Shown here: positions 13,284-29,829 of the stretch, piece by piece
How positions within the stretch are numbered: the first letter of the stretch is position 1
How the letters are laid out: every line of letters starts with the position of its first letter
From: the human T2T-CHM13v2.0 reference genome, Homo sapiens
Assembly (NCBI RefSeq): GCF_009914755.1
Contig: NC_060929.1
Length of the DNA: 64,000 nucleotides
Direction: 5' to 3' (one strand)
The notes under the pieces: generated by a model
Told to the model about the DNA's origin: nothing
The model's input: the letters and a program-made list of their open reading frames with translations, nothing else
Databases searched by the model: none
Made by a program: the position numbers and the translations under genes

Positions 13284-15354
13284 TATAACTCTAAAGCTAA
13301 CTGTATCTGTAAATGACTTTCTAGGACTCCTTTTGTAAAAAGTGTATAATCGCTTGACTTAGGATTAGTATCCTCCAGAAGGTGAACTATTTAAGTTACT
13401 AATTTATTCACACTTGTTTAGAAAATGTGTGTGTGTAAAATGGTGGATGTACATAATGATTATATAAAGTAAAGAAATATCAGGAAAAATAAGCAAGGAA
13501 AAATTGTGCGTTTAATATTTGCATACTGTAGGCATATTTAATTTTCTTTTTCATCTTGATTGGATTCTTGTGTGTGTTTCCCAACGTGCACTTTTGTTTT
13601 ATTCCTCAGGTGTATGCCAGCTGCTGGGTTGATAAGACTATCAAACTGCAACTTGCAATTAAATTTCAGGCATGAGAAAGGAAGTTACAAAGGAATGCTA
13701 GAGGAATGAAAAGATTCAATAAATCTGAACAAACAAATTACTATAATTAGCTAATGGACAACCACAATTTTTTTATGCAAATATAACACTTCAGTGTATA
13801 CCCGTAGCTTGTCTTCCATTCTCTTATGCGGTATGGAGTTCTAAAATCTTACCATGGAATTCTCAAGTAAAATAAGCCTTTGTAGTATTTATCAATTAAT
13901 AGTAGATTTATTTTTTATCAACCAATACTAGAATAATATTTATCAACTAATATTTATTGTAATTTATCAACTAATACTAGAACAGACTGCTTCTAAATGC
14001 ATCTTCACTATGTCTTCAAACACTTACAGCGCATATCTCATATTTTAACCTCTTTAATGTCCATGCAGCTAGAGAAGTATTTGCTTAAAACCATATTTGA
14101 CGATTTAAAGATCAATTTCCTCATGTTATCCAAAGCCTTATGAAATTCATTCAGACATATTTTTTATATCCTAGGATGGATTACTTAGAATTCCATGTTA
14201 ATAATCTAGATAGTAAATAGAGTAAACAAGTGATAAGTCTTTCTTCTTTTAATTTCCACTGACGTGAGTGTGGGAAAGTTTGAGATTTTCTCTTTATGTT
14301 TATTAGTCTTCTGGGTTTCTTTAAATTCTTCATAGCCCTTGCTAGCTTCTTTTGGAATGTTTCTATTTTTCATGTTAAATTGCAAGAGGTTTTAAAATAT
14401 TATCTATATTATTCGATCATCAGTTTTAGATATTTCAAATAGCTTTTATCAATCTATTTTTATGCAACTTATTTATACTCATTACAGTAAATCCAGGCAA
14501 TAAAGCAATTTGAATAGAATTGCCTTTTCTTGAATAATGAGAATATGAAGAATATTGCTTGTTGGCTGCTGAATAATCTGCATATTATAAAGAGTCAGAA
14601 TCAAAATATGTAATCTACAATATGCATTTTTAATATGTGAATGTGGATTGTAAGCAGAATCACCTTTAGAGACAGAAGAGAGGGTCCATGCCCTGGGCTT
14701 TATGCTCTAGGAATCTCACTGTCGCCCTCCTTCAGCTGAACCCTTCCCCATGGAGTAAGGAGTCCCTCCCTATGCCCAGAACAGCTGCCAAACCCAAGCC
14801 TGACATCTCCTTCTAGCCCATATTCTGGGCATTTGTGATCTTGATGTTTGCTGTCCAAATTGTCCCAAGTACTATTTCAAGGCCTAAGCAGTCCTCTTCC
14901 CTGAAACCATGCTAAAGAAAGGCTGTGCTGCAGATGAGGGCACTTCCAGTTTTGCAGAATGGCCACATGGAGGTGGATAGAGGTTGGATTTGAGGCCCTC
15001 ATAGTGCAATGGAGCTGGGAGTATAAAGAAGAGAGTGTAGGCCTGGGTTAGGTCTTGAGGGATATCTTTATACCACCATTTCTTTGGTGAAAATTACAGG
15101 GCTTAGAATTTGAAAAATTCCAAGAATTTCAAATTCTAAGACCCATTTCCAGGTCATTATGAAGACATCAATTCATTTTATTGTATACTTTATTACTTTA
15201 ATATATAACATTTAAATATGTACTCATTTGGGTTGTTAAGTTCAATTTATACCTACAATTCTACTATACCTATCTGTAGATAATAGATTTTCTTCTCAAC
15301 ATATGGTATTTCAGTTTGTTGGAATTCCAAATGTTATAATTAATTAACTTAACT

Positions 15355-15475
15355 GCAAGTCCGATGATTATACTTGTGAATTCTCTGAAATATTTAAAGA
15401 AAACCGAATTATAATATTACACAGGTTTTTTCAGAAAATTTAGAAGGGGACACTTCCAAGTTTATTTTATAAGAA
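15355..15475 (+). mobile_element. Old L1M ORF2 fragment
   Basis: Resembles the ORF2 region PDGFTGEFYQTFKEE...LFQKIE.EGTLPNSFYE. Confidence 0.55.
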
Positions 15476-16089
15476 TATAATAAGAATTATATTGTTTTTA
15501 TAAGAATATAAAATATTGTATAAGAATATTTATAAGACTAGAATAAGAATTATATTTATTTAGAAAAATGAATATGATGTGAAAATTTTACAATGATAAA
15601 GTATTTTTAAAATTTTTACCAATCTCTCTCCCCATAGGGAAAAATCTAAATTTCAAGCATGAACAAAGGTCCACTTAGAGAGGGACCCTCTAGCATTGCA
15701 ACTCAGTTTTGAAGAGGTGGTACGCAGGTGGCGCTTGCCTCTCAGGAAAGGGCCAATAGCACTGGAATCCAAGGTCTGAAAGAGGAGACACTGCTGCTAA
15801 GGAACAAACCATTTTTTCGGTGGGGATCTAGGCCCCTAAGAAGAGAGTACTGCTGCTATGCCAGCAAGTAGAAACTATAGTTGCCACCGAGGGGACTCTG
15901 GAATACTGTTTACAGAAACTTTGAGCTTCTATGAGTCTTCCAGGAAAAAAAAAAGGGGGACGGGGTGGTGGTGGAAAGTAGTCCCTCTCACCTTATTGTT
16001 TGTCATGCTCAGAAAAACATAGCTTGCACAGTCCAATTTCCAGCATCAGAAACAGAATAGAGAAGGTTAAATAAGTAAATAAAAGGCAA

Positions 16090-17330
<1,241 letters not shown>

Positions 17331-18027
17331 GGAATCCATATAATGGCTACTCCACTAGCGATTCTTCTGTATAGCAGATGCTTTTGAGTGTTCTGGGGCT
17401 TGTAATGTGGGATTCCACCAAAAATGTACAGGAATATTTATATCTGCCTTATTCTTAATAGCTGAAAACTTGAGAAACAATTAAATTTCCAGTGCATTTC
17501 ACTTAATGTAAATTTTACCTTAATTAAAATAAAGATTTTAAACAAAAGTAAGATCTCATTACAAATATGAAATCTGACTACCTCTTCTTGATTCTTATCC
17601 AGGCCACTAAGATATTTCTTCTTCATACAGAAAAACATCTTCTTATTGCTGATAATCTTATTCAAAATCAATTCAATGTTGTTAAAGGACAGTTACCCAT
17701 GAAATTACTTAAAAATTTGTCATAAATGAGAGGGAAAGAAGTAATATGGACATTTGAGTTACTTCAGCTGTACCAATTTTATTCCAATTTCACCTTGTTC
17801 AATCCTGATATGAAGTTGTCAGATTGAAGTCTGAGAATAAAAAATCTGTAGATCCCTCTTAGCAGATTAAAAAGTGGGTGTGTAGCCAACATAACAGCAG
17901 GAAACAACCTTAAATTGGACCAGCATCCACCCAATAAATGATTGCTGGAGAATCTGGACCACTGGAGCACTCATTAGATGAGTTTGAATTTGTCAAGATG
18001 GATTTCTTTCATTAAAAAAAAAAACTC

Positions 18028-18867
<840 letters not shown>

Positions 18868-20439
18868 CTAATGCTCCAGAACAACATGCACAGACATCTA
18901 CCGTGTATTTACTGAAGGTAGAATGGGTTTGAGAAGTAAAAATGGGTAGTTATCCTTTCTCATTCTTGTTTCTTCTTTCAAGTAACCCTGGCTGAGCCCT
19001 CAGTTCTGGACAAAAAGTGTGGAAATATTTTCCATTAAATATAAATCCCACCTCAAGTTCAATAATTCAAATCATTTTTTCTTCTTCTTAACAACCCTCA
19101 TAATTCTTAAAAGCATCTGTTATACAGAAAAATCCCTAATTGAGTTTCCATGTGGAAAGATATCTAAAAGCTCACTGGGAACACACGCATTATTATAGCA
19201 AAAATTGCACTGCGTAAATATCGGTCAATACTAACAACTTATAAAACACTTAATTTATCTAAAAACATAATTAAAGGTGCCCATATTGAAGTTTGGAGGA
19301 AAAAATCCTAGTCCCTGGAAATTTCCTCTGTTTTAATCCATTAAGGCTTTAGTATTTTCTGAAATAATGTAATTATTTTCAAGGGATATAGAACATTTTT
19401 AAGATTTTAAAAATTGGAGAAATCATAGAATCAAAGCAAACTCATGTAAATCTCTGTTCAGGTGGGGAAGGATAATAAAGCGTAATTCAGAATTGAAAGG
19501 AACAGTATTCACAGTTAAATGAGTTAAAATTTATTACTTTTTGGAAATTTATTTTAAAAAATAACCACATACTTGAAGAGTCCCAGGGAAGTGAGAAATC
19601 TTGATGAAAAATCTTCATAATAAAACTGTCTCTATGGATAATATTACCTTCTTCTGACTTCCCTTGTTAAATACTTAATATTATGCCACTTTCTGCTCAG
19701 TGCAAAAATTTAAAATTTCTTCAGAGAAATAGGATAATATACAGCACATGCAGCTGCTTAAGGCATTTATTCATCTCCTCAAAACAAGGTAGAAGGGGGC
19801 ATACAAATATATATCATGCTAACATAACAGGAAAATATATCTAAAATTTGGCAAGTAAATTAAGGGTACTTTAGATCGGAACTTTATTTTCACTATGAGT
19901 TAACAAAAAAATTTTTAATAATGAATAAACAACAGATTACATTACATTTCCAAGAAATGAAATTTTACTGAAAGATTGAAAACATATATCCCAATTATCA
20001 TCAATAATTATGCTAAGATATTACACCTTGTATAAAAAATCTCCTATAGCCCATAAATATAAACACCTATCATTTACCCATAAATTAAAAATATACAAAA
20101 TGATGCTATAGGTAAACCTGATAAACTGTGATATTAATATTGGATAAAAATTTACCTTATTTATTTATTGGAGATGATTATTTAAATGTATTCATTTTAG
20201 AATTTTGTACATATTTATTGACTCTAAATATGTCTTTCCAAAATAAAGGCTAGGTAATGATTCTCTATTTCAGTGGTACCAAATGCACACTTAAATTCCA
20301 TGAACATGTACTGCACCCTTATAAAGTGTTGAGACATACTCAAGATTCAATAAGAAGACCAATTACTTAAAAAAATAGCCTTTAAATCACATATCAAAAA
20401 AATTCTACTTTTGTACACAATAGCTGATATATTCATATA

Positions 20440-20620
20440 CTAAAGCCAATGACAAGCACTTTGCAATTTTTTTACTTAATCTTTAAAGCAATGTCATTAT
20501 GTAGGTTCTTATTCTATACCAATTTTGTTGATGAATAAACTGAAGCTTGAAAGTTGTTAAAAGCTACTCAAGGATAAGACTAGTGGGAGATAAAGGTGAG
20601 ATTCAAATCCAGATCTTTGT
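20440..20620. mobile_element. MIR SINE
   Basis: MIR core attttgttgatgaataaactgaagcttga...gagattcaaatccagatct. Confidence 0.65.
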
Positions 20621-20626
20621 TATTCT

Positions 20627-21103
20627 CTGCATTAGTTTTCTACTGCTGCTATAAAAAATTGTCACATATTTACTGGGTTAAAATAATACAAATCTTATAG
20701 TTCTGTAGGTTTAAATTCCTGCATTTGTCTCAGCAGGTTAAAATAAAGTTGTTAGCAGGACTGTGTTACTTTCTTGGCATCCTAGGAGAAACTGTTTCTT
20801 TGTTTTTTTTCTGCTTCCATAGAGTGAACACATACATTCTTTGGATTTCTGGCCCCCTTTGCTTTTTTCTGACTTGTATTTTGTAGCCACATCTCTCTCT
20901 GACTCCCCAATTCTGCTTTTTTCTTCTACTTGTGAGAACACTTGTGATTATTCAGGATAATCTTCCTATTTTAATGTCAATGAATTAGCAACCTTAATTC
21001 CATCTGCAACCTTAATTCCCCTTTGCCATGTAATGTAACATATTCGTAGTTCCAGGAAGTGGAATATAGACATCGTTGGAGAGGCCATTACTATGCCTAC
21101 AAT
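20627..21103 (-). mobile_element. MLT1-family ERVL-MaLR solo LTR
   Basis: tgcattagttttctactgctgctataa ... accttaattccatctgcaaccttaattcccctttgccatgtaa ... gaggccattactatgcctac. Confidence 0.8.
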
Positions 21104-22109
21104 ACTTGAAACCATTCTCTTAATCATCATACACAGTGCTTCTTGACCTAGCCCATATGTGGTAATGGTGACACTTGTAAAATGATACTAAGGGATTTCC
21201 CATTTAAGATGCAAGAAAACATGATAGTTATTTCTTGATTGTCTTTAAGTTATCTTCAGATAGGTTTTAAGCCTTGGTCAACTTAAATTTTCTACTAAAA
21301 ACCTTATTTCACAAATCAAATATTTTTTTCTCTTTACAAGTATTAAAAGGAAGGAGACAGAAAGATGCTCAAATAGTCACCCACAGCGGGTAGACTAAGT
21401 GCAATTTTTAGTATGAACAAAGTCCTATTTCTAAGAAAAGACTCACTAGGGTTTCACCTCTCTAATGTTCATTTCTGGATTATTCATGTAGACACCCTTC
21501 TATAAAGTAGTTCAAATAAATATAAATATACCCAGTAGGCAGACCTGTATAAGTAAAAACAGAAAACTCCATATCATAGGGATATGCACAAAGAATACAA
21601 GTTTGTATGGTGCAGCCATGCTACAGTAGAGAAATGGGATTTGTGAAAATACATTGTGCCATCAAAAAATAAATCAAGTTGTCGTAATAAAAGAAAATGC
21701 CATTTGAGAAGCTCTGCTTTAATTTTATGTTAACTGTACATGAAAAAGAGATGTTTAAGTTTTAAAAATTGAATTGTGAAATGAAGTGTAATAGTATCAT
21801 AGAAGATTGAGAGCTGAATATTCAGAAATTATCTAGCCAATTCAAATTCCTAAGTATTACAGTGTTTATTGTACTTGCTGGATGATTTCTGCATGTAAAA
21901 TTAAGTGTTATAAGAACGTGTTAAATTCTAGGAGAAGTAATAATTGTCAAACACAATCAAAAACGAACTTGAAAATATTTATCATGTGGTATGGTTAAGG
22001 AGAACCTGATGATGTAAACCAGCACACCTAAATTAGCTATGTGATATTGAACCACTGCAGAACTTCTCTGTCCCCTGTTTACTACCTGTAAATGTAGGGG
22101 GTTAGACTT

Positions 22110-22292
22110 TAGTGGTTCTCAAACATCAGTATGCCTCAGAATCACTAATAAAGCTTGTTAGCACCCAGACTGCTGGTCTCCAGCCCTAGAATTTCTATCA
22201 CAGCTCTGGAGTGGGGCTCAGAAATCCACATTTTTAACAAGTTCTCTAGCGATGATGATGCTGATGCTGCTAATCAAAGGCCTCTCTTGAGG
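22110..22292. mobile_element. MER5A-like hAT-Charlie DNA transposon (within or after a MIR at about 22020-22110)
   Basis: agtggttctcaaac...cagaatcac...ggagtggggctcagaaatccacatttttaacaagttct. Confidence 0.7.
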
Positions 22293-25019
22293 CGTAGCAA
22301 TAAATTAGTGAATTCTTTCAGTGCTTGGTAGAAGGCATCAGAACCACTGCATATGCATTATCCTCCGACCCTTTCTTTCCCTTTGTCCCTTCTCTAGGTG
22401 ATTCTTGTGGTCTTTCATACTCTTCTAAGAATCAGTGGGTGATGTGATCATTTTAGCAAAATAGTTATTTAAGTCTACGTTCATACTTGAATTATTTGTG
22501 GAAATATTTTCAAAGAAAGGAAAAGAAAAAGAGAGAGAAAAGACAAAATTTTCATTTGCACAGAGTTCTTACCATATGTGCCTTGAACTGTGATAGATGA
22601 CAAATGAAAACTGTAAGAATTATAAAAATTCTACTATAAAAAGTTTAATAGGTGACTGAATGCCATAAGAAGGACAAATGTAATAGTGACAGAAAAGAAA
22701 CAGAAGAAAGCAGATCTTAGAGTAATTAAGAAATTTACTTCATCTTCCTTAAAAAAGAAAGTGTGTGACAAGCAAGGATTAGCTGGAAAACTCTGGAAGT
22801 TCCAAATTCAAACAGTAAACCAATTGAATAAAATGCACAAAGCATCTTAGAAGCAACTTAATGACACTGTATAAATGGCAATAGTCATCACGATAGGAAC
22901 ATTGCAAATGACACACACCGAACCCTCACAAAGTCTCATTCTGGTTTCAAAAAATGTGGTCTCTATGGCAGCTCCTTAACAACTGTGCATCTGCTATGCA
23001 TTAGCACTCTAAGGTGAGTCTCAATGGAGCACATAGTGATCTGCAGAGCCCCCTGAAAACGCAACTGATTTGAAGTCTGAAAATATCTAACGTATAGTGA
23101 GTAAACAGTCCTCAACTTCTACCATTTGTAAGGGGCAGAAATACCAAAATATGCTTCCAATTGATGAGTCAAGTATGAGAAAAAGTACTGTATTTATTTG
23201 AATGGAAAAATTCTTGAGTTTTCATCCTAAGTGGGGAAGAAGAAAATAATGACAATGTTGTAAACAAGATGAACTCGATACAATAATGCAGCCCTAATGA
23301 ATTTTACATGTAAGACTTTTGTAGCATTCCTAAGATCACCATGGCAGCTTCTCGTTAGTGTCTTTCTGTGGTTACCAAGCAATCTCAGTAACAAAATATT
23401 GTGCTGAAGTAGTAGGCCAAGCACATCAAGGCATGCAAACTTCTTCATTTTTAAATTACAAATTTAGAAAAATGTATTTGTGTAGACCCAGGAAAGAACC
23501 ATTTCATGTATCAGGGAGTTTTCCAGATACATAAAGACCACTACACATTCTCTACAGTTTCCTCAGCCACATCTGTATGTTTAACTACAAATAGAAGAAA
23601 AGTTATGAAAGGAACATGGTGCTTCTTGAATTTAGGGTATTCTGGATAGAAGAGGCTTAAATGTCAATAGGGAGAAAAAAGAGAAACAGTTCTGTAGAAA
23701 TGAAGGAATAAAAGTTTATGAAAATTGTCTAAATTTTTTCTAATTGTCTACAATTGTGTAACAATTTTCTGATGTGTAAATAATTAATGCATCACTTAAA
23801 TAACGTGACAAAAAACTTTAAATAGTTGAATTATTCGCAATCATCGACTTCAATCCCTTGGGAATAACATCCAAGGGCTTGACTTAAATTATGAATGAGT
23901 TATATCTATTTATTTATAGTCTCATTTATTATTTTCCAGTAATCGCATTCTAAAATAATCTGTGAATGGTACACACCATAAAGTTGATTTAAATCCTCCT
24001 GTGAAAGGAGAAAGTTTAATATATATAGTAAATTCTATAATTAGGGAATATTATAATTTTAATACTTAACATTTTAATGGATAACTTCCCTTGGGATTCC
24101 TTTCCAATTCCCCTTGGTTATTCCTGAATCTCAATAAAGGTTAGACCCATGCCCAGAAAAATATACTCATCTTATTTCACTCTAGTCTTACAGTCTACTT
24201 GCTGATGTCATCCTGCTACTGCCCATAACCTAGTTGCTTTAGTGCTCTGGGAAAAATGATCCTTCCCCACAACTGTTGCCACCTACAACTGTTTAAGTGT
24301 GCACCAACACACATCAATATTCTCTTTCAGTATCTCTCATATTCTACCACTGTGTATATCCATGTATTCACTGAACTCCCTGAGAGTTTTCATACTAATT
24401 TAAACTCAACTGGTAATCAACTCATTAAACTCTTTTTACCCTGCCAGCCTAATTCTTTTGATTCCTTTACTTCCCAGCCTCTACTACATTTTGTCTTTGC
24501 CTGTAGGAGGATTTTAATTGCAATGGCAGTCACATCACCTTCATCGTTCTTCAATATTACTCTCTCTTTTCTAGGAAACCCCTATTAGTACTTATAGTTT
24601 ATAAATCAGGCATTCATATATAACATAACATCCTGTAAATCAAAATATCAAAGTTCTTTGGAAGTAGCAATTTTCTCTTTTTGGAGGAGAAAAGTGAAGG
24701 AGTTCAATGTGTCTAGAAGATGAAACTGAGCAGAACATACCTGATGTTCTTATGGAAAAAGAAACTATCAAGTCTGAACAAAAATAGATATAAAACTTCC
24801 ACCTTCCTTCAGCTTAACAAAGGTAAAGTGAGTTCTGAACACAAAGACAAAGCACAATGGATTATCTCAAGTTTTATCTGAAGTGGCGAGGAGATGTTAC
24901 TCAATAATGAAAATGTGGCAAGTCTACTACAAATGATTACCAAGAAAGAATGTTCAAAATATGGTTTTGTTGTTCCAATATAAAGTAAAAAAAAAAAAAA
25001 TCAAAGTATTACACATTAA

Positions 25020-25352
25020 AGTTGCCCCACCATATCTTGAGTTACTCATAGGTGGATTCACCCAACTGCAGATTAAAAAAATTTGCAAAAAAAATGTATT
25101 TGTACTGAACATGTAAAGACATTTTTCTTCTCGCTATTCTCTAAACAATAGCGTGTAACAATGACTTACATAACTATTACATTGTATTAGGTATTATAAA
25201 TAATCTAGGGATTATTTCAAATATACTTGAGGATATGCATAGGCTATATGCAAATACTATGCCATTGTATATCACAGACTTGAGCATCTGTGAATTTTGG
25301 TATCCAAGAGAAGTTCTGAAACCAATCCCTCACAGATACCAAGGGATAACTG
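25020..25352 (-). mobile_element. MER2 (TcMar-Tigger) DNA transposon
   Basis: tttgtactgaacatgta...tatatgcaaatactatgccatt...gacttgagcatctgtgaattttggtatcc...aaccaatccctcacagataccaagggataactg. Confidence 0.8.
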
Positions 25353-25856
25353 TAATATTGTGTATTATTATACTTAGTTCATATAAACTCTTCAGTTAAT
25401 ATTATAACTATTCATGTAATTATCATTATACATAAAAACATAAAATTAATTATTAGTGGCTTAGTTCTGACAGTTATAGAAATAAAATATTTTTCATATA
25501 TTAGATCAGTATTATGTAGAAATATTTGGTGAATACATTATTAGATGGCACTTGTCACAAATTAAAATCCAAGCAGGTTTCCAACTATAAAAGATATGTC
25601 AATGTGCTTTGAGATTATTATTTCATCATGTTATTTCCAAAAATTTGATGATTAACAGAAGTGTTAATAATTTGTCATCATAAATAGAAGTAAATATGCT
25701 AACTTTCTAATTAGTAACATATCCAACTCAGACTTTTTGAAGATCATTAAGTTAACTTCACAAATAGGTCTCCTGATAGATATATGCAGTAGCTGGATAT
25801 GTGGATGGCTAAACTGGGGTGAAAACTGCATCCATAGAAAAATAATATCAAAGGCT

Positions 25857-26157
25857 TTTTTTATTTTAATTTTTTTGAGACAGGGTCTTACTCTGTTGCC
25901 GAGGCTGGAGTGCAGTTGTGCTATCTCAGTTCACTGCACCCTCTGCATCTCAGAATCAAGCAATACAACCGTCTCAGACTCCTGAGTAGCTGGACCACAG
26001 GCGTGTGCCATCACACTCAGCTAATTTTTTTTTTTTTTGTAGAGACTGGGTTTCGCCATGTCACCCTGGCCGGTCTCAAAATCCTGGACTCAAGTGATCA
26101 ACCTGTCTCAGCCACCCAAAGTGCTAGGATTAGAGGCGTGAGCCAGCGCGCCTGTCC
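25857..26157 (-). mobile_element. Alu SINE (AluJ-like)
   Basis: Diverged dimeric Alu; TSD aaggcttt on both sides. Confidence 0.92.
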
Positions 26158-27059
26158 AGAAGGCTTTATTGTTAAAAATATAATTTAAATCTCTTTCAAT
26201 ACCTCAAAACTTCAGTATAAAATTGAATAGGAAGATTGTTCATATTACAGTAATTTAAAAATTAGAAACCAGTTAGATAAACAAAAGTGAAAGAAATTAT
26301 TCAATATAAACTGTTTTTCAAATTGAATTCAGAATAGGCCAGCCAATGAAATAACAGAGGCTATTTAAAATAAGAAAACTACAAGGTAAGGGCAATAATG
26401 ACAATGAAAAATCAGGCAATCTAGATGAGCTTCTGAAACAGAGAAAGGAGTAGGCTCTCCAAAAGAAACCCTAATTGTGGCCCACATGGCACTAAAGCCA
26501 CATAGCTACGGTTTAAGGCAAGCCTATTTACTGTATTTTCTTATATCCTTTTCTTCCCAAATAATCGTATTTCCCCCTCTTTGTAATTAAAATGGAGAAA
26601 AACTAACCTGGAAATTGATTACCTATGATTTCATTTCTTAAAATTGGCAATTTAAAAAAATTCTTCTGTGATAATATTAAGTAGTAAAATTTAGAATTTC
26701 TCCTCTATAAAACCAGTAACCACTTGGTATATGCTTTTTTAATCTTTATGTGGCTTTAACGAAGTTATGTTAGTTTTCTGGCTCCCAATCGCCCATCAAT
26801 AAAACGAGATATTATGTCTCCTTACATGAAAGATAGTTGTGTACCACCACATTAAAATTGATAAGATGTGCCAAGAGCTCTGGAGGAGAGCATGTCTAAC
26901 TATGAAATATTCAGTATGATGTGGTAGACACCTGAGTTTTCATTTTTAATAAAGTTGCTGACAAGAAACACCAATCAAGAAGACTATCATTTCATTGCCT
27001 CTTTTTATTTATTTGTTTTTTGTCAGGTTGAGAAAATGTCTTAAAAATAAATCAAACAA

Positions 27060-27159
27060 GGCTGGTATGAGTACAGTAGTGTTTACCACTAGTTGATCAC
27101 AACCAGTTTACAGACTTATTTGTTCCTTCTTCACTCCCACTGCTGCACTTAACTAGCCT
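27060..27159 (+). ncRNA. RNY3: Y3 RNA (RNY3) retropseudogene
   Basis: ggctggtatgagtacagtagtgtttaccactagttgatcacaaccagtttacag...cactcccactgctgcacttaactagcct aligns end to end with hY3. It is followed by an A tail instead of the oligo-T terminator, and the Ro60-binding stem is mutated (gtcc->gtat). Confidence 0.92.
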
Positions 27160-28630
27160 AAAAAAAGTAAGGAAATATAATAAACATGATTTAATTGATA
27201 AATATCCTTTATTTTAGTCATCTGAAGGCAACATTTTCAATGATTTTTTTTCCTCCCAAGTACATGTAATGGAAATTGGAAACAGTTAAGTATTAGTACA
27301 CAATTTTATGAGTTCTGAAAATACAAAATACATATACTAAAATAAGTGACAAATTATGAGTTGGAATATGAGCACGATGAAGGTGTATGCAGAGTCTGGT
27401 GTAGCCAGTGCTCTGTGAAAGGCACCTCTTCAGTAGATACATGCTGGTTGACCAAAAACAGGACTATTGTTGTTCCTGCTATCCCTTTAACGCACATGTC
27501 ATCAACTCTCAGCACACAAGCTGCATCCAGACAACAGAGCAGATTGACTGGGTCCACCAAAATGTCACTAAAACTTTGCATTAGTTGTAAACATTGAATA
27601 ATTTCTTATTTAAAATACATATGTGGATTTCTGGTTTTTGTCGCTGTTGTTTTCATTTCTTCATGAGAATAATGATAAGGGGGAGACAGAGAAAGAGAGG
27701 CACGCTGGTACCTTTGGGAAGCATTCTACTTATAAATGGACAAGAATCGTCTAACATTATTTTTATCAGTTGCTGTTTAATATGATGCTTTTGTTGTTTT
27801 TCTCTCAACCAATCAGCATTATTTCCATTATCTGCCTATTCCAATGCATTGGGGTTTACAACTCTCATATTAATGTCATCATGGATAGATTAATGAAAAG
27901 ATTAATTAGAAAGCATAAAGATAGCTAATTTTGACTAATTTGCCTATACTTTATTAACCTCAGTTTCCTTATTTTTAAAATAGTGACAATATCAATTTCA
28001 AAGGGTATTGAGAAGACTAGTTGGAAAAAATATTTAGAAATAAAATAGTAAAACCTCAAGAAATATTTACTACTAATTTTTTTTACTAAGATAAAAGGGC
28101 AGCAAAGAAGTAGATGGTTTCATTGATACAAAGAGTAAAAATCACCCCATAAGCCATGCATATAAGTCAAAATATTTATACATGTTTCATGAAAATAAAA
28201 TTAAAGAATAATCCAAATCAGCCATATGAAATACAATTTCTTGAAGTAATATTTGGTAATCTCACAAGTAAAACAAAATACTTGGATTTACATTTGTATT
28301 TCATTTTATCATGTCAAATCAATATAATATTAGAAAAAAGTTTATAATCTTCAATATTTCAAGAACTACAATAATGTTATTTTTTATTTTTATATCAACC
28401 TTTTTCATATCACAAACATGAACAGAAGCATAGCAGATACTGCAAAATCAATCTCTAGAAAATATATTTAGATAGAACAACTTGGAATGAGGCAGTCCTT
28501 TGAGATAATCTAGTGAAGTTGAATCTCAGAAACCTTAGATTCAGAGAGGTAGAGTAATTGATCTTAGGTAGCATGAGTTTTTGATAAAAGATCAGGAACT
28601 ACAATCTAGACATACTGAAAACTTAAATAT

Positions 28631-29694
28631 ATGCAGTCCTCACTCTGCATGGTAGTGTGTGACCATAATAATTACAGGGCAATATGAAATCATGCAGGGT
28701 GATCTTAATACCTGTTCTGTGACTTTTAAAACTTTTTGTTAAAACATTAAAAATTCTCTTGATGTCAGTTATTTTTATAAGAAATGAAAAAATATAATTA
28801 ATATTTGCTTAATGCACTGTATTTTAAAGCTTTAGAAACATTGAGAATTAAACTATTTTATTTCTTTGTAAATGACATAGCCAGAGTAGTTTGGACAGTG
28901 CTTATCTTTTTACCCTATTACTTATGATATGAAAAGGGAGAGAAAGCATCTTGCCTATGTCTTAACAAATTGTCATATTTCTTTCTAAATCTGGATCAGC
29001 TCCAGCATTCTATCCTTTGCCCTTCCAATTGCATGAAACATCTCCAAGTGTCCCTTTAAAGTGAAGGTTTTTTGTTTTTTGTTTTTTCTTTGTTGGTATC
29101 ACTTTGTCTGAGCCTTCTTCATCCATTTTGTCACTAGCACTTTCCTCCTTTATATCTCAGAGTTTTTTTTCTGCTGTGTTTCTTTGGAAGTATATCTAGA
29201 AGCTCTCAAATAGTGGCAATGTCAATATTCCCATGGTCGGCTATTTTTTTTTTTTCTGAAATTCTACTTATGTTGATTCAAATTTCACTTCCAGTGTTAT
29301 CACTTTTCATTTATTTGCAATGCTTTTATCTTTCTTGGCCAATCCTCTATTTTTATTATCTCTTTTTGTAAAATGTCACAAGGATTTATCTCTGGGTGGT
29401 AAGGAGTCAATACAAGTACATGCTTTGCATCTGTGCATGAACTGAATAACATATATGTAGTGACAATCTCCCACATACTTTGAAAAGGTGGTATGATTGG
29501 TCACTGATCATGAGGTAGATCTTCTATTGACACAATGATTTGTGGACTTAAGTGCTAGCAGCAAAGTTTGTACTTCATGCAATTACTTACACTTAATATA
29601 CCACCATAACTGAAATTTGAACTGTGCTGTTGGGGGACTGGTGTTATTTAACTAATCTGTAGTAACTAAATTTTGTACAAAGCAAAAACTACTT
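28631..29694. mobile_element. TcMar-Tigger-type DNA transposon (Tigger6-like)
   Basis: Left end gcagtcctcactctgcatggtagtg and degenerate inverted right end tgtacaaagcaaaaactac, both in TA context; subfamily uncertain. Confidence 0.55.
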
Positions 29695-29829
29695 ATATAA
29701 GAATAAGGTGTGATATGGTAAATCCAATTTCAATGAACACTTTTATGTATAAAAATTCTTTATGGTAAAATTATTTCAGTTGCTTGGGAAGTGGTCACAT
29801 ATTGAATTACTCATACATTTTTTCAACAA

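Noticed and set aside
14660-15150. GC-richer block, with another at 15640-16060
   Set aside because: Probably old LTR or DNA-transposon remnants, but I cannot assign a family; CpG-poor, so not a CpG-island promoter
27346-27785. Short overlapping ORFs in non-repetitive DNA
   Set aside because: Short, mostly non-ATG starts and no recognisable domain; consistent with chance
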